Positions 26,013-36,675 are shown, counted from the first letter of the stretch. The stretch is DNA of 39,627 nt from Alphaproteobacteria bacterium (GCA_021776705.1 JAJFFL010000166.1:1-39627); one strand, 5' to 3'. Notes: generated by a model not told the origin, from the letters alone. A program made the numbers and translations.

Positions 26013-27299
26013 ATGGCGGAACAGTCCGGGCACGGAAAAAAGGGCGGCGGAATCAAGCTCTTCCTGGCGCGGTTCTTCACATTCATTCTTCCGGCGTTGG
26101 TCATCGTCGGCGGCGTCGCTTCGGTCGTCGTGATGGGCATGTTGAAGAAGCCGCCGGAGAAAACCGACGCCGTCGCCGAAGCCCCCAAAGTCGTCACCAC
26201 GATCACCGGCGGCGAGTCTGTGCGCCTCACCGTGGCGATCCAGGGCGTCGCGGAGCCGCGCAACGAGATCGACGTCGTGCCGCAAGTCGGCGGCCGCATC
26301 GACTACGTGTCCCCCGCTTTCTTGACCGGCGGCGGATTCAAGCAAGGCGACGTTCTGATCCGAATCGAAGACGTCGACTACCGGCTTGCCGTCACCCGTT
26401 CCGAGGCCGAGGTGTCGCGCGCGGCGCGCGCGCTGGCGCGCGAACGAGCGGAAGGCGAGATCGCACTGCGCGATTGGGAGGAGCTTGGCGAAGGCGAAGC
26501 CAGCGACCTTGCGTTGCGCCAACCCCAGCTCGCCGAAGCCCGCGCGTCGCTCGCCGCCGCCCAGGCGACTTTGGAAGACGCCAAGCTCGATCTCGCCCGC
26601 ACCGAAATTCGTGCGCCCTTCGACGGCCGCGTTGCGCGAAAATCCGCCGACACCGGGCAGTTCGTCAACGCCGGCCAAGCGCTGGGCCGCATTTTCTCAA
26701 CCGACGTGATTGAGGTTCGGTTGCCGCTGTCGGACCGCGAACTTGCGAAGACGTCGCTTCCTGTCGCCTTTCAGGCGACCGAAGACGACCCCGGCCCGGA
26801 CGTCGAATTGAGCGCCATCGTCGCGGGTGAGTTTCGAGTCTGGAAGGGCCGGATCACCCGCACGGACTCGCGCTTTGATCAATCGAGTCGGCTGCTTCAC
26901 GCGATCGCCGAAGTCGACGATCCCTACGGAGCCGGCGCCGCGGACGGCACGCCCCTGGCGCCCGGACTGTTCGTCAATGCGGAGATCCAAGGCCGCCTGT
27001 TCGACGACGCGGTGGTGATGCCCCGCGCGGCGCTGCGCGGCGAGAAAGAAGTCTATGTCGTCAACGACGATGACACGGTGTCGATTCGCGACGTGCGCGT
27101 CGTGTCCAGCGATCGCACGCAAGTGGTCGTGATCGGCGGCGTCGCCGCGGGCGAGCGCGTCGTCGTTTCGCCTCTGCGCGGCGCGGCCGACGGCATGGCC
27201 GTGACGCCGGTGTCGCCGGCTGAACTTGCCGGCGAGACCGACGACGCCGACACCACCGAAGACGCGGCGGTCGCCGCGTCGCTCGCGTCCGCAGGCTGA
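26013..27299 (+). CDS. RND efflux periplasmic adaptor (membrane fusion protein, HlyD family)
   Basis: The ATG at 26013 gives MAEQSGHGKKGGGIKLFLARFFTFILPALVIVGGV, an N-terminal anchor. It is followed by GDVLIRIEDVDYRLAV, a coiled-coil segment, and TEIRAPFDGRVARKSADTGQFV. Confidence 0.88.
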   Translation: MAEQSGHGKKGGGIKLFLARFFTFILPALVIVGGVASVVVMGMLKKPPEKTDAVAEAPKVVTTITGGESVRLTVAIQGVAEPRNEIDVVPQVGGRIDYVSPAFLTGGGFKQGDVLIRIEDVDYRLAVTRSEAEVSRAARALARERAEGEIALRDWEELGEGEASDLALRQPQLAEARASLAAAQATLEDAKLDLARTEIRAPFDGRVARKSADTGQFVNAGQALGRIFSTDVIEVRLPLSDRELAKTSLPVAFQATEDDPGPDVELSAIVAGEFRVWKGRITRTDSRFDQSSRLLHAIAEVDDPYGAGAADGTPLAPGLFVNAEIQGRLFDDAVVMPRAALRGEKEVYVVNDDDTVSIRDVRVVSSDRTQVVVIGGVAAGERVVVSPLRGAADGMAVTPVSPAELAGETDDADTTEDAAVAASLASAG

Positions 27300-27319
27300 A
27301 TTCCACGACGAGGTCCGAC

Positions 27320-30300
27320 ATGTTCGACGAGATCATCAAATGGTGGGCGCGCAACCCCGTCGCGGCCAACCTCCTCATGATCGCCATCCTGATCGGCGGC
27401 GCCGTCTCCTATTTCCAGATGGAGCGCGAGATCGAGCCGTCCGTGGCCTTCCCCGGCGCCCAGGTGTCGGTGTTCTGGCCCGGCGCGTCTCCGCAGGACG
27501 TCGAAGAACAGCTCGTCGTCCGCGTTGAAGAAGTGATCTCGGAGATTGAGGGCGTCGACCAAATGTGGGCGCGCGCCGATCAAGGCGTCGGCAACCTCTG
27601 GATCATCGCCAAGAACGGAGTCGACGGGACCTGGTTCCTCGACCAAATCAAAACCAAGGTCGATTCGATTTCGACGTTTCCCGCCGCCGCGGAACGGCCC
27701 CAGATCAACCAGTTCGTCAGCCGCGACGAAATCGTGCGCATCGCCGTTCACGGCGACGTCGACGAACGCACGTTGTCGCGCACCGCCGAGCGCGTTCGGC
27801 GCGAGGTGTCCCTCCTGCCCGGCGTGCCGCAGGTGGAGTTGTTCGGTCGCCGCGACGAAGAGGTGTCGATCGAAGTCTCCGAGGAAACCTTGCGCCGCTA
27901 CGGCCTGACGTTCGACGATGTGGCCCGCGCCGTGCGCGACACCTCGATCAACCTGTCCGCGGGCCGCGTGCGCACCGAGCTCGGCGACGTGCCGCTGACG
28001 GCGCGCAATCTCGCCGACAGCCAATTGGATTTCGAAAACATCGTGGTGCGCGAAAGCGCCGACGGCGGCCGCATCACGGTGGGCGACGTGGCCAATGTCA
28101 AAGACGGATTCGAGGAAGTGAATTTTCTCGCCACCGTCAACGGCGAGCCGGCGGTGCTCGTGCAGGTGATGAGCGGCGACAACATGAACGTGCCGGCGAC
28201 GTCGCGCGCCGTCAAAGCCTACCTCGACGAGAACGCCGACCAGCTGCCGCCCGGCATCAAGATGACGATCTGGGAAGATCAAGCGATCACCTACACGGAT
28301 CGCATGTCGACGATCCTATGGAACTTCCTGTCCGGCCTCGCGCTCGTGCTCTTGATTTTGGTTCTCTTCCTGCGCCCGGTCGTCGCCTTGTGGGTGGCGG
28401 TCGGCATCGCCGTCGCGTTCGCCGGCGGCCTCGCCATGCTTCCGTTTTTCGACGTCTCCTTCAACATGATCTCGACGTTCGCCTTCCTCCTGGTGATCGG
28501 AGTCATCGTCGACGACGCGATCATTGTCGGCGAGGCGATCCACTCACGCACGGAGCACGGCGACCACGGCCTCGACGCCGCCGTGCTCGGCACCCAGCTC
28601 GTCATCAAGCCTGTGATTTTCGCGGTCTTGACCACGATGATCTTCTTCGCGCCCTGGATGTTCCTGTCCGGCGGCACCAGCGAATTCACCAAGGCGATCT
28701 CGCTGGTGGTGATCTGGTGCCTGTTTTTCTCTCTCGTCGAGTCCTTGCTGATTTTGCCCGCGCACTTGGGTCATCTGAAGCCGGTGCAAGCGTCGACGGG
28801 GCTGTACGGACGGTTCCTGAAATTCCAGCAAGCGATCGCCAATTCCGTCGTATGGACCGGCCGCTGCGTCTATCGCCCGCTGATGCACGTCGCGATCATG
28901 CACCGCTACTTGACCGCATCGATTTTCATCGCGGCCATGATCGTCTCCATCGGATTGGTGACGACCGGCTGGGTGAAATTCTCGTTCATGCCGGAAATCG
29001 AGTCGGACCAGATCGAAGTCAGCGTGCGCCTGCCGGAAGGCACGCCCTACTCGCGGTCCCTGCAGGTGCTGACTCAGATCCAGTTGGCCGAGCAGGAACT
29101 CGAAGCCGAAGCCAACGCCAGCGGCGAACGCATCGTCGAGAACTGGTACACGCGCGTGCGCGAAAACAACATCTTGGCGCTCGTGAAGCTGACGCCGCCG
29201 GAAAGCCGCACGTCGTCGGCCGCCGAAGCCTCGGACCGCCTGCGCGCGCTGATCGGCGAAGTGCCGGACGCGGAGGAAATGGAGGTCGACTTCACGCTGA
29301 ACGACTCCGGTCCGCCGCTGCAATTTCTGCTGCATTCGCCGAGCCTCGACGACCTCCGCGTCGCCGCCGACGACATCAAGGCGTACCTGCGCACGTTCGA
29401 CGGCGTCTTCAACGTCGTCGACGACATCGAGAGCGCCACCGACGAAGTTCAGATCAACTTGACGCCCGGAGCGGAGTCGCTTGGTCTGACTTTGGCCGAC
29501 GTCACACGCCAAGTGCGCCAGGGCTTCTACGGCGAGCAAGTGCAACGTCTGCCGCGCGACGGTCAGGACGTGCGCGTGTTCGTGCGCTATCCCGCCGAAG
29601 ACCGCGAGTCGCTCGACTACCTCAACCAAATGCGCATCCGCACCGCGGACGGCCGCGAAGTTCCGCTCTCGGCCGTCGCGGAACTGTCGTACGCGCCCGG
29701 CATCAAGACGATTCTGCGCCGCGAGCGGCAGCGCGCCGCGGTGGTCAGCGCCGAGTCGCCGTCGGAGATCGCCGGCGACATTCGCCGCGATCTGAATGAA
29801 AACTTCTGGGACGATTTTGACTCGCGTCACCCGACGATCACCCGCGGTTCGATTGGACAGGCCGAGGGCGAACGGGAATTCATGGTCGAGTTCATGACGC
29901 TTTCGGGCATCGCCCTCGGCATCGCCTACTTCTTGGTGGCGATTGCGTTTCGTTCCTACGGACAGCCGTTCTTGATTCTGTTCGCCGCGATTCCGTTCTG
30001 TTTCATGGGCGCCGTGGCCGGCCATCTGGCTATGGGCCAGGTGATGTCGATCTTCTCGATCCTCGGAATCGTCGCGGCGGCCGGCGTGGCCGTGAACGAC
30101 AACCTTGTGCTTATCGACTACGTCAACCGATTGCGCGACCAGGGCATGGGCGGCGCCAAGGCGCTGCTCGAAGCCGGGACGGCGCGGTTCCGGCCGATTC
30201 TCCTGACGTCGGTGACGACGTTTGTCGGCCTGGTCCCGCTGATGATGGAGCGCTCCATTCAGGCCAAGTTCCTCATCCCGGTCGGCATCGGCCTCGCCTA

Positions 30301-30490
30301 CGGGGTCATGTCGGCTTTGTTCGTGACCTTGTTCTTCGTGCCGGCGCTGTACGCGATCGGCGCCGACATCAAGCGCCATGTCGTCGGCGCCTGGACCGGA
30401 CGCAAGCAGCGGACTTTCGGCTCCAGCCTCGACGACGACACGGAAGCCGACGCGGTCGAAGTGTTGACCGGCGCGCAACCGGCCGAATAA
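27320..30490 (+). CDS. RND-family inner-membrane efflux permease (AcrB/AcrD/AcrF family)
   Basis: 1056 aa with a 12-TM layout and two large periplasmic loops. The N-terminus is [22 protein letters not shown]. Conserved TM4-like [14 protein letters not shown] and TM10-like [14 protein letters not shown] segments are present. Confidence 0.92.
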   Translation: MFDEIIKWWARNPVAANLLMIAILIGGAVSYFQMEREIEPSVAFPGAQVSVFWPGASPQDVEEQLVVRVEEVISEIEGVDQMWARADQGVGNLWIIAKNGVDGTWFLDQIKTKVDSISTFPAAAERPQINQFVSRDEIVRIAVHGDVDERTLSRTAERVRREVSLLPGVPQVELFGRRDEEVSIEVSEETLRRYGLTFDDVARAVRDTSINLSAGRVRTELGDVPLTARNLADSQLDFENIVVRESADGGRITVGDVANVKDGFEEVNFLATVNGEPAVLVQVMSGDNMNVPATSRAVKAYLDENADQLPPGIKMTIWEDQAITYTDRMSTILWNFLSGLALVLLILVLFLRPVVALWVAVGIAVAFAGGLAMLPFFDVSFNMISTFAFLLVIGVIVDDAIIVGEAIHSRTEHGDHGLDAAVLGTQLVIKPVIFAVLTTMIFFAPWMFLSGGTSEFTKAISLVVIWCLFFSLVESLLILPAHLGHLKPVQASTGLYGRFLKFQQAIANSVVWTGRCVYRPLMHVAIMHRYLTASIFIAAMIVSIGLVTTGWVKFSFMPEIESDQIEVSVRLPEGTPYSRSLQVLTQIQLAEQELEAEANASGERIVENWYTRVRENNILALVKLTPPESRTSSAAEASDRLRALIGEVPDAEEMEVDFTLNDSGPPLQFLLHSPSLDDLRVAADDIKAYLRTFDGVFNVVDDIESATDEVQINLTPGAESLGLTLADVTRQVRQGFYGEQVQRLPRDGQDVRVFVRYPAEDRESLDYLNQMRIRTADGREVPLSAVAELSYAPGIKTILRRERQRAAVVSAESPSEIAGDIRRDLNENFWDDFDSRHPTITRGSIGQAEGEREFMVEFMTLSGIALGIAYFLVAIAFRSYGQPFLILFAAIPFCFMGAVAGHLAMGQVMSIFSILGIVAAAGVAVNDNLVLIDYVNRLRDQGMGGAKALLEAGTARFRPILLTSVTTFVGLVPLMMERSIQAKFLIPVGIGLAYGVMSALFVTLFFVPALYAIGADIKRHVVGAWTGRKQRTFGSSLDDDTEADAVEVLTGAQPAE

Positions 30491-30657
30491 GCCGTCGCCG
30501 ACACTCACAGAACGGCCGCGGCGCCTCGGATCGCGTCTTGCGTCGCCGCGCGATCTGGGTCACCCCTGCGGCCGCGCGGCTGACGTCGGCCGGCGAAAAG
30601 CGATATCCTGACCACATCGGCGGCCTGCGCCGCGCCTCGACACACGAGCAAACCCCT

Positions 30658-31857
30658 ATGGCCGTTCACGAATCCAGCATCGACAATGCGATCACATTCA
30701 ATTGGGAGGATCCGCTCCAACTCGACGGGCAGCTCAGCGAGGACGAGCGCATGGTCGCCGAGACCGCGCGCGGCTACGCCCAGGACAAGTTGATGCCGCG
30801 GGTGATATCGGCCAACCGGGAGGAGCGCTTCGACCGCGAGATCATGACCGAGATGGGCGCGCTCGGATTGCTGGGCTCGACGATCCCGGAAGAGTACGGC
30901 GGCGCCGGACTCAACCACGTCGCCTACGGTCTGGTCGCCCGTGAGGTTGAGCGCGTCGATTCCGGATACCGCTCGGCGATGAGCGTGCAATCTTCGCTGG
31001 TGATGTTCCCGATCTTGGCGTTCGGGACCGAAGATCAGAAAAAGAAATACCTGCCCAAGCTCGCGACCGGCGAATGGGTCGGCTGTTTCGGCCTCACCGA
31101 GCCCGACGGCGGCTCCGACCCCGGCGCCATGCGGACCAACGCAAAGAAAGTCGACGGCGGCTACGTGCTGAACGGCGCCAAGATGTGGATCACCAATTCG
31201 CCGATCGCCGATCTCGCCGTTGTTTGGGCGAAGCTCGACGGCAAGATTCGCGGCTTCGTCGTCGAACGCGGCGTGGAAGGATTCACGACGCCGAAGATCG
31301 ACGGCAAGTGGAGCCTGCGCGCCTCGGTCACCGGCGAGATCAGTCTGGCGGACGCGTTCGTGCCCGACGACGCCTTGTTGCCGAACGTGTCAGGCCTCAA
31401 GGGCCCGTTCTCGTGTCTCAACAAGGCGCGCTACGGCATCGCCTGGGGCGCGATGGGCGCGGCGGAGTTTTGTTGGATGGCGGCGCGCGACTACGCCATG
31501 GACCGAGTCGTGTTCGGCAAGCCGATCGCCCAAACTCAGCTCGTGCAGAAAAAACTCGCCGACATGCAGACCGACATCGCGCTCGGCCTGCAAGGCGCGC
31601 TTCGCCTCGGCCGCCTGATCGACGAAGGCGCCTGGTTGCCTGAAGCGATTTCGATGATGAAGCGCAACAATTGCGGCAAAGCACTCGACATCGCCCGCGT
31701 CGCCCGGGACATCCATGGCGGCAACGGCATCTCCGAGGAGTATCACGTGCTCCGCCACGCGATGAACCTCGAGACCGTGAACACGTATGAGGGCACCCAC
31801 GACGTGCACGCGCTCATCCTCGGCCGTGCGCAGACGGGCCTTCAGGCGTTCTACTGA
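30658..31857 (+). CDS. gcdH: Acyl-CoA dehydrogenase, glutaryl-CoA dehydrogenase-like
   Basis: The ATG at 30658 gives [33 protein letters not shown]..., followed by [28 protein letters not shown] and [14 protein letters not shown]. This matches GCDH-type ACADs as I remember them. Confidence 0.85.
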   Translation: MAVHESSIDNAITFNWEDPLQLDGQLSEDERMVAETARGYAQDKLMPRVISANREERFDREIMTEMGALGLLGSTIPEEYGGAGLNHVAYGLVAREVERVDSGYRSAMSVQSSLVMFPILAFGTEDQKKKYLPKLATGEWVGCFGLTEPDGGSDPGAMRTNAKKVDGGYVLNGAKMWITNSPIADLAVVWAKLDGKIRGFVVERGVEGFTTPKIDGKWSLRASVTGEISLADAFVPDDALLPNVSGLKGPFSCLNKARYGIAWGAMGAAEFCWMAARDYAMDRVVFGKPIAQTQLVQKKLADMQTDIALGLQGALRLGRLIDEGAWLPEAISMMKRNNCGKALDIARVARDIHGGNGISEEYHVLRHAMNLETVNTYEGTHDVHALILGRAQTGLQAFY

Positions 31858-31861
31858 GCGT

Positions 31862-32491
31862 TCACTTGGTCCCGAACATGCGGTCGCCGGCGTCGCCGAG
31901 GCCCGGAACGATGTAGCCGTGCTCGTTGAGCCTTTCGTCCAAGGCGGCCGTCCAGGCCGGGACATCCGGATGGCGAGCTTGAAATTCCTTCACGCCTTCC
32001 TGCGCCGCCAGCAAGCACATGAATCGCAAGTTCGTCGCGCCGTAGGCCTTCAGCCGGTCGACCGCCGCGACCGCCGTGTGGCCGGTGGCGAGCATCGGAT
32101 CGACGACCACCACCAGCCGCGCGCCAAGATCCGGCGGCGCCTTAAAATAGTATTCGACCGCGTCGAGGGTCTCGGGATCGCGGTAGAGCCCGATGTGCGC
32201 GACCCGCGCTGTCGGAACCAGATCCAGAAGCCCGTCGAGGAACCCCATGCCGGCCCGCAGGATCGGCGCGAAGACAATCTTCTTGCCGGCGATTCGACGG
32301 CCGACCATCGTCGCCACGGGAGTCTCGATTTCAACGTCTTCGAGCGCGAGTTCGCGGGTCACCTCGTAGCAAAGCAACGCCGAGATTTCGCGCAACAAGC
32401 GTCGGAATTGGTCCGACGGCGTGGCCTTGTCGCGCATCAGCGTCAGCTTGTGCTGGACAAGGGGGTGATCGACGATCTGAAGCTTGGACAT
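31862..32491 (-). CDS. upp: Uracil phosphoribosyltransferase
   Basis: The ATG at 32491 gives [22 protein letters not shown], followed by [21 protein letters not shown] and [17 protein letters not shown]. Confidence 0.93.
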   Translation of the reverse strand: MSKLQIVDHPLVQHKLTLMRDKATPSDQFRRLLREISALLCYEVTRELALEDVEIETPVATMVGRRIAGKKIVFAPILRAGMGFLDGLLDLVPTARVAHIGLYRDPETLDAVEYYFKAPPDLGARLVVVVDPMLATGHTAVAAVDRLKAYGATNLRFMCLLAAQEGVKEFQARHPDVPAWTAALDERLNEHGYIVPGLGDAGDRMFGTK

Positions 32492-32625
32492 GACACCTCG
32501 CCGAATGCGCAGCCGCGCGTTGAAGGGCGACTCGAAACGACATGATTGTCGCGGATGCGGCCGAGTCTTCAAGCCGCTGACCCGTCGCCACGATTTCTCA
32601 AGAATATCGCCGCAACACTCCGGCC

Positions 32626-33177
32626 ATGCGCCGCTCGCTCATCATCCATCCCGACTCCGGTCCCGTCGACGTGGCGATCGATGTGGAAATCTCCCGTCCG
32701 TCGCCAAGCCGGCTGCAACTGGACTACCGGCTTACCGGCGACACAGGCGCGCTGCGATTGCCTCCGGCCTCACCCGCCCCGACTCGAACCGACAAGCTGT
32801 GGCGGCGCACCTGCTTTGAAGCCTTCCTGCGCGGCGGCGAGGATGCGGCCTACGTGGAATTCAATTTTTCGCCGTCCGGCGACTGGGACGCGTACAGGTT
32901 CGATTCCCGGCGATCCGGAATGCGGTCGCTCGAAATCCGCCCGCCGGCCTGCGACGTGGCGATCAAGAGCGACGAAATGCGACTGCGCGCCACCGTCGAC
33001 CTGGACGTGTCGCCAAAATTTGCTGCGCCGACGGCGTGGCGGCTCGGCGTCGCCGCGGTGCTCGAATCCGCGGACGGCGCCCTTTCTTATTGGGCGCTCG
33101 CCCATCCGCAGGGGGCGCCGGACTTTCACGATAGCGATTGCTTCACTGTGGAACTTCCAGCAGTTTTCCGGCGATGA
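32626..33177 (+). CDS. Hypothetical protein (183 aa), translationally coupled to the DUF1343/NamZ-like gene
   Basis: The ORF has a balanced composition ([36 protein letters not shown]). Its stop overlaps the next ATG (ATGA at 33174-33177). I recognise no family with confidence. Confidence 0.6.
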   Translation: MRRSLIIHPDSGPVDVAIDVEISRPSPSRLQLDYRLTGDTGALRLPPASPAPTRTDKLWRRTCFEAFLRGGEDAAYVEFNFSPSGDWDAYRFDSRRSGMRSLEIRPPACDVAIKSDEMRLRATVDLDVSPKFAAPTAWRLGVAAVLESADGALSYWALAHPQGAPDFHDSDCFTVELPAVFRR

Positions 33178-34379
33178 ACTTCGGCCTTGATCGACTTCTC
33201 TTGAACCCAAAGCTGCGCGCGCCGCTCGCCGGCAAGCGCGTCGCCTTGCTTGCGCACCCGGCGTCGGTGACGCGGGACCTGACTCACGCGCTGGACGCCC
33301 TGGCCGCCTGCGACGGCGTCGACGTCACGGCGGCGTTCGGCCCGCAACACGGGTTGCGCGGCGACAAGCAAGACAACATGGTCGAGTCGCCGAACTACGA
33401 CGACCCGATCCACGGCGTCCCGGTGTTCAGCCTCTACGGCGAAGTGCGGCGGCCGACCGACGCCATGATGCAGACGTTCGACGTCGTTCTCATCGATCTT
33501 CAGGATCTCGGCTGCCGCATCTACACCTTCATCACCACGTTGCTCTACGTCCTTGAAGCGGCGGCCGCCCACGGCAAAGCCGTGTGGGTGCTGGATCGGC
33601 CCAATCCCGCCGGGCGCCCGGTCGAAGGTCTCACCTTGCGGCCGGGTTGGGAGAGCTTCGTCGGCGCCGGCCCGATGCCGATGCGCCACGGAATGACTCT
33701 GGGCGAACTCGGCCGCTGGTTCATTGAGTCGGGACATCTCGACGTCGAGTACAACGTCGTCGAAATCGAGAATTGGCGGCCCGGCGCGGCGCCCGGTTTC
33801 GGATGGCCGCTGGGCGAACGCGCCTGGATCAATCCCAGCCCCAATGCGCCCAACCTTTCCATGGCCCGCGCCTACGCCGGCACGGTCATGGTCGAGGGCA
33901 CGACCTTGTCCGAAGGACGCGGCACGACGCGGCCGCTCGAACTTTTCGGAGCTCCCGACATCGACGCCGCCCGCGTCATCGACGAGATGCGCGCTTTGGC
34001 TCCGGCTTGGCTTGAGGGATGCCGTCTGCGCCCTTGCTGGTTCGAGCCGACCTTTCACAAGCACGCCGGCGCGCTGTGCGCGGGCGTCCAGCTTCATGTC
34101 GAAGACGCGAGCTACGGCCACGACGCGTTTCGGCCGTGGCGGCTGCAAGCGCTCGCGTTCAAGGCGATCCGCCGTCTCTATCCCGACTACGCCCTGTGGC
34201 GCGAATTCGCCTACGAGTACGAATTCGACAAGCTCGCGATCGACGTCATCAACGGCGGCCCGGATCTGCGCGCCTGGGTCGACGACCCGGCCGCGACCCC
34301 GAGCGACCTTGACGCGCTCGCCGCGACGGATGAAGACGCTTGGCGGCGCGAGCGGGATACATTTCTGCTGTACCGGTGA
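33174..34379 (+). CDS. DUF1343 family protein (YzbB/NamZ-like putative exo-beta-N-acetylmuramidase)
   Basis: The ATG at 33174 gives [32 protein letters not shown]...FGPQHGLRGDKQDNM...VPVFSLYGE...DVVLIDLQDLGCRIYTF...VLDRPNP. These blocks are characteristic of DUF1343. Confidence 0.8.
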   Translation: MNFGLDRLLLNPKLRAPLAGKRVALLAHPASVTRDLTHALDALAACDGVDVTAAFGPQHGLRGDKQDNMVESPNYDDPIHGVPVFSLYGEVRRPTDAMMQTFDVVLIDLQDLGCRIYTFITTLLYVLEAAAAHGKAVWVLDRPNPAGRPVEGLTLRPGWESFVGAGPMPMRHGMTLGELGRWFIESGHLDVEYNVVEIENWRPGAAPGFGWPLGERAWINPSPNAPNLSMARAYAGTVMVEGTTLSEGRGTTRPLELFGAPDIDAARVIDEMRALAPAWLEGCRLRPCWFEPTFHKHAGALCAGVQLHVEDASYGHDAFRPWRLQALAFKAIRRLYPDYALWREFAYEYEFDKLAIDVINGGPDLRAWVDDPAATPSDLDALAATDEDAWRRERDTFLLYR

Positions 34380-34486
34380 CGTCGAGCTGCGACGTCGATC
34401 CGCGCGCGGTCTGAAATCTCGGCCGCGCCGGCCTAAAGTTTCAGCGCTGGCGGCGACGCCGCCGCTTACCCTGTTGGAGAGGATGA

Positions 34487-35002
34487 ATGGTCGATCGCAC
34501 AACCTTGATGGTCGCGTTGACCGGTGCGCTGGCGTTTTCGGCCACGGCTTGTTCCGATGAGTCGCAATCGAGCGGCGACGCGGCGGCGAACGGCGGCGCC
34601 GCTGACGCTGTCGTCGCCGACACCGAAATCACAACTCCGGAGACCCCGGCCACCCTGCCCGTGGCGACAGTGAACGGCGAGATGCAAGGCGACCTCGCCT
34701 CCGGCGCACGGGTCTTCCGCCAGTGCATGGCCTGCCATGTGCTGCAGGAAGGCGTGAATCGCGTCGGCCCGTCGTTGCACGGCGTGATCGGTCGCGAAGC
34801 CGGCGCGCTCGAAGACTTTCGCTATTCCGACGTGAACAAAAATTCCAATGTGGTTTGGACCGAAGAATCCTTGTCGGCGTACCTCGAGAACCCACGAAGT
34901 TTCATGCCCGGCACGATCATGTCGTTCGCCGGACTTCGCGATCCGCAACAGCGCGCCGACGTCATCGCCTACATCAAGGCCAACGGCGGCGAAGCGGACT
35001 AG
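34487..35002 (+). CDS. Membrane-tethered (probable lipoprotein) class I c-type cytochrome
   Basis: The signal peptide ends in SATAC. An acidic/Ala-rich linker follows, then GARVFRQCMACHV (the CxxCH haem motif), GPSLHGVIGR, and the distal Met context PGTIMSF. GGAGAGG lies just upstream of the ATG. Confidence 0.88.
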   Translation: MVDRTTLMVALTGALAFSATACSDESQSSGDAAANGGAADAVVADTEITTPETPATLPVATVNGEMQGDLASGARVFRQCMACHVLQEGVNRVGPSLHGVIGREAGALEDFRYSDVNKNSNVVWTEESLSAYLENPRSFMPGTIMSFAGLRDPQQRADVIAYIKANGGEAD

Positions 35003-35463
35003 GAAACCATTGGCGCTGATTCTGTGGCCAAGAGCGACGAATGGGCGGCAACGGATCCATCGTTGTATGGAAAAGAGAAATGGAAATCAGCGATTTCTCC
35101 CACAACAAAATATTTGCTATTTATTGCTGCATACATGATACTTGCATTGACGACAATTCGTGACGTACGTGATTATCTTTTATTTAGTCTTGATTGTGAA
35201 ATATTTGAGCTCTGACGCGTGAGATGTGCAGGGAGCACACTCTTCCGACAATCCTGACCGCCTGGCGATCCGCTCTTCGATTGAACTGACCCAAACGCCG
35301 GGCAGGCGTTGCGGACCGTTTGAACCGCGCCGCCAGACGAACCGACACGCACGATGACCGTTCCATCGCCCACGCACCTCAACCGGTGCGCAGACGACGA
35401 TTCTCGATGACCGATATCTTCCGCGTGTTCCCAAGATGCGCGCTTCCCCCAAAAGGACCCAAG

Positions 35464-36675
35464 ATGATCGCAACCATTGCGCCGGCCTCGCCGAGACTTC
35501 GCGTTCTCGACGCGCCCGTACCCGCGGCTCTCAGAATCCCGGCGTCGTCCGCGCCGGCGCGCCGACCCGAGGCGACGCGACGGGCGACCGCAATCATCTA
35601 CTGTGAAGCGAACTTCGGCTCGATCGACGGGAAGACCGCCAACGGGCTCGTTCGGCACTCTGAGAAATACGCCATTCTCTCCGTCATCGACAGCGAAAAG
35701 GCCGGCCGCGATTCAGGCGTGGTGCTCGGCGAGAACCCAAACGCCATTCCGATCCATCGCAACCTCGCCGAGGCTTTGGCGCACGCCGGCGTCGTGCCGG
35801 ATTACTTCATCTTCGGAATCGCCCCGTCGAGCGGCATGTTGTCGAACCACGAACGCAGCCTCGTGCTTGAAGCGATCGGTCGGGGAATGAACATCGTCAG
35901 CGGACTTCACGAATTTCTCGACGACGATGAAGAGTTTTCAGCGGCGAAGGCCGTGAGCAACGTAAAAATCATCGACGTCCGAAGACCGCGCGCAAAGAAG
36001 GACTTGCGCATGTTCAGCGGACGCATCGCCGACGTCGTGTGCCCGCGAATCGCCATTCTCGGAACCGACTGCGCCATCGGCAAGCGCACGACGGCCACCA
36101 TTCTGACCCGCGCTCTCAATGATTGCGGCGTGAAAGCGGTCATGATCGGCACCGGTCAAACCGGCCTCATGCAAGGGGCTCGCTATGGCGTCGCGCTCGA
36201 CGCTGTCCCATCTCAATTTTGCTCCGGCGAAATGGAAGCCGTCATTTTGGAAGCCGTTGAGGTCGAAAATCCGGACGTCGTCATCATCGAGGGTCAAGGG
36301 TCGCTTAGTCACCCCGCGTATTCGACGTCCTCGTTCATTCTACGAGGCGGCGCTCCGAACGGCGTGATCTTGCAGCACGCGCCCGGGCGATCCAATCGCT
36401 GCGACTTCGAGCGCATGCCGATGCCGACGCCCGCCAGCGAGATCAATCTGATTGAGACGTTCTCCGACACGAAAGTCATCGGCCTCACGATCAACCACGA
36501 AAACATGACCGACGCTGAGGTGAGCTCGGCGATCGTTCGTTACGAGCGCGAACTCGGGGTCCCGGTCACCGACGCTCTGACCCGATCGACCGAACGCCTC
36601 TTGGACATGGTTTTTTCGGCGTTCCCCGAGATCAAGACTGCGAATATGCGCCGGGAGCCGGCCGTAGACGCGTGA
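35464..36675 (+). CDS. DUF1611-like protein (Rossmann-like N-domain plus P-loop-like C-domain); family includes the reported D-glutamate N-acetyltransferase DgcN
   Basis: AIIYCEANFGSIDGKTANGLVRHSEKY, a P-loop-like ILGTDCAIGKRTT, and VVIIEGQGSLSHPAY match my memory of DUF1611. The start is uncertain. The ATG at 35464 has AAGGA 6 nt upstream. The ORF opens at 35320, but that extra segment looks non-coding. Confidence 0.7.
   Translation: MIATIAPASPRLRVLDAPVPAALRIPASSAPARRPEATRRATAIIYCEANFGSIDGKTANGLVRHSEKYAILSVIDSEKAGRDSGVVLGENPNAIPIHRNLAEALAHAGVVPDYFIFGIAPSSGMLSNHERSLVLEAIGRGMNIVSGLHEFLDDDEEFSAAKAVSNVKIIDVRRPRAKKDLRMFSGRIADVVCPRIAILGTDCAIGKRTTATILTRALNDCGVKAVMIGTGQTGLMQGARYGVALDAVPSQFCSGEMEAVILEAVEVENPDVVIIEGQGSLSHPAYSTSSFILRGGAPNGVILQHAPGRSNRCDFERMPMPTPASEINLIETFSDTKVIGLTINHENMTDAEVSSAIVRYERELGVPVTDALTRSTERLLDMVFSAFPEIKTANMRREPAVDA

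Noticed and set aside
27053-30508. Large ORFs overlapping the RND permease gene (27053..28282 -, 28544..30508 -, and 27565..29799 + in another frame).
   Set aside because: The in-frame 1056-aa RND protein has unmistakable family motifs and TM architecture. The alternatives are arginine/proline/histidine-rich low-complexity translations.
35320-35463. Upstream extension of the DUF1611-like ORF (MNRAARRTDTHDDRSIAHAPQPVRRRRFSMTDIF...).
   Set aside because: It is an arginine-rich segment that does not look conserved. The family's conserved core begins about 40 aa after the ATG at 35464, which also has an AAGGA SD. The true start still needs experimental or comparative confirmation.
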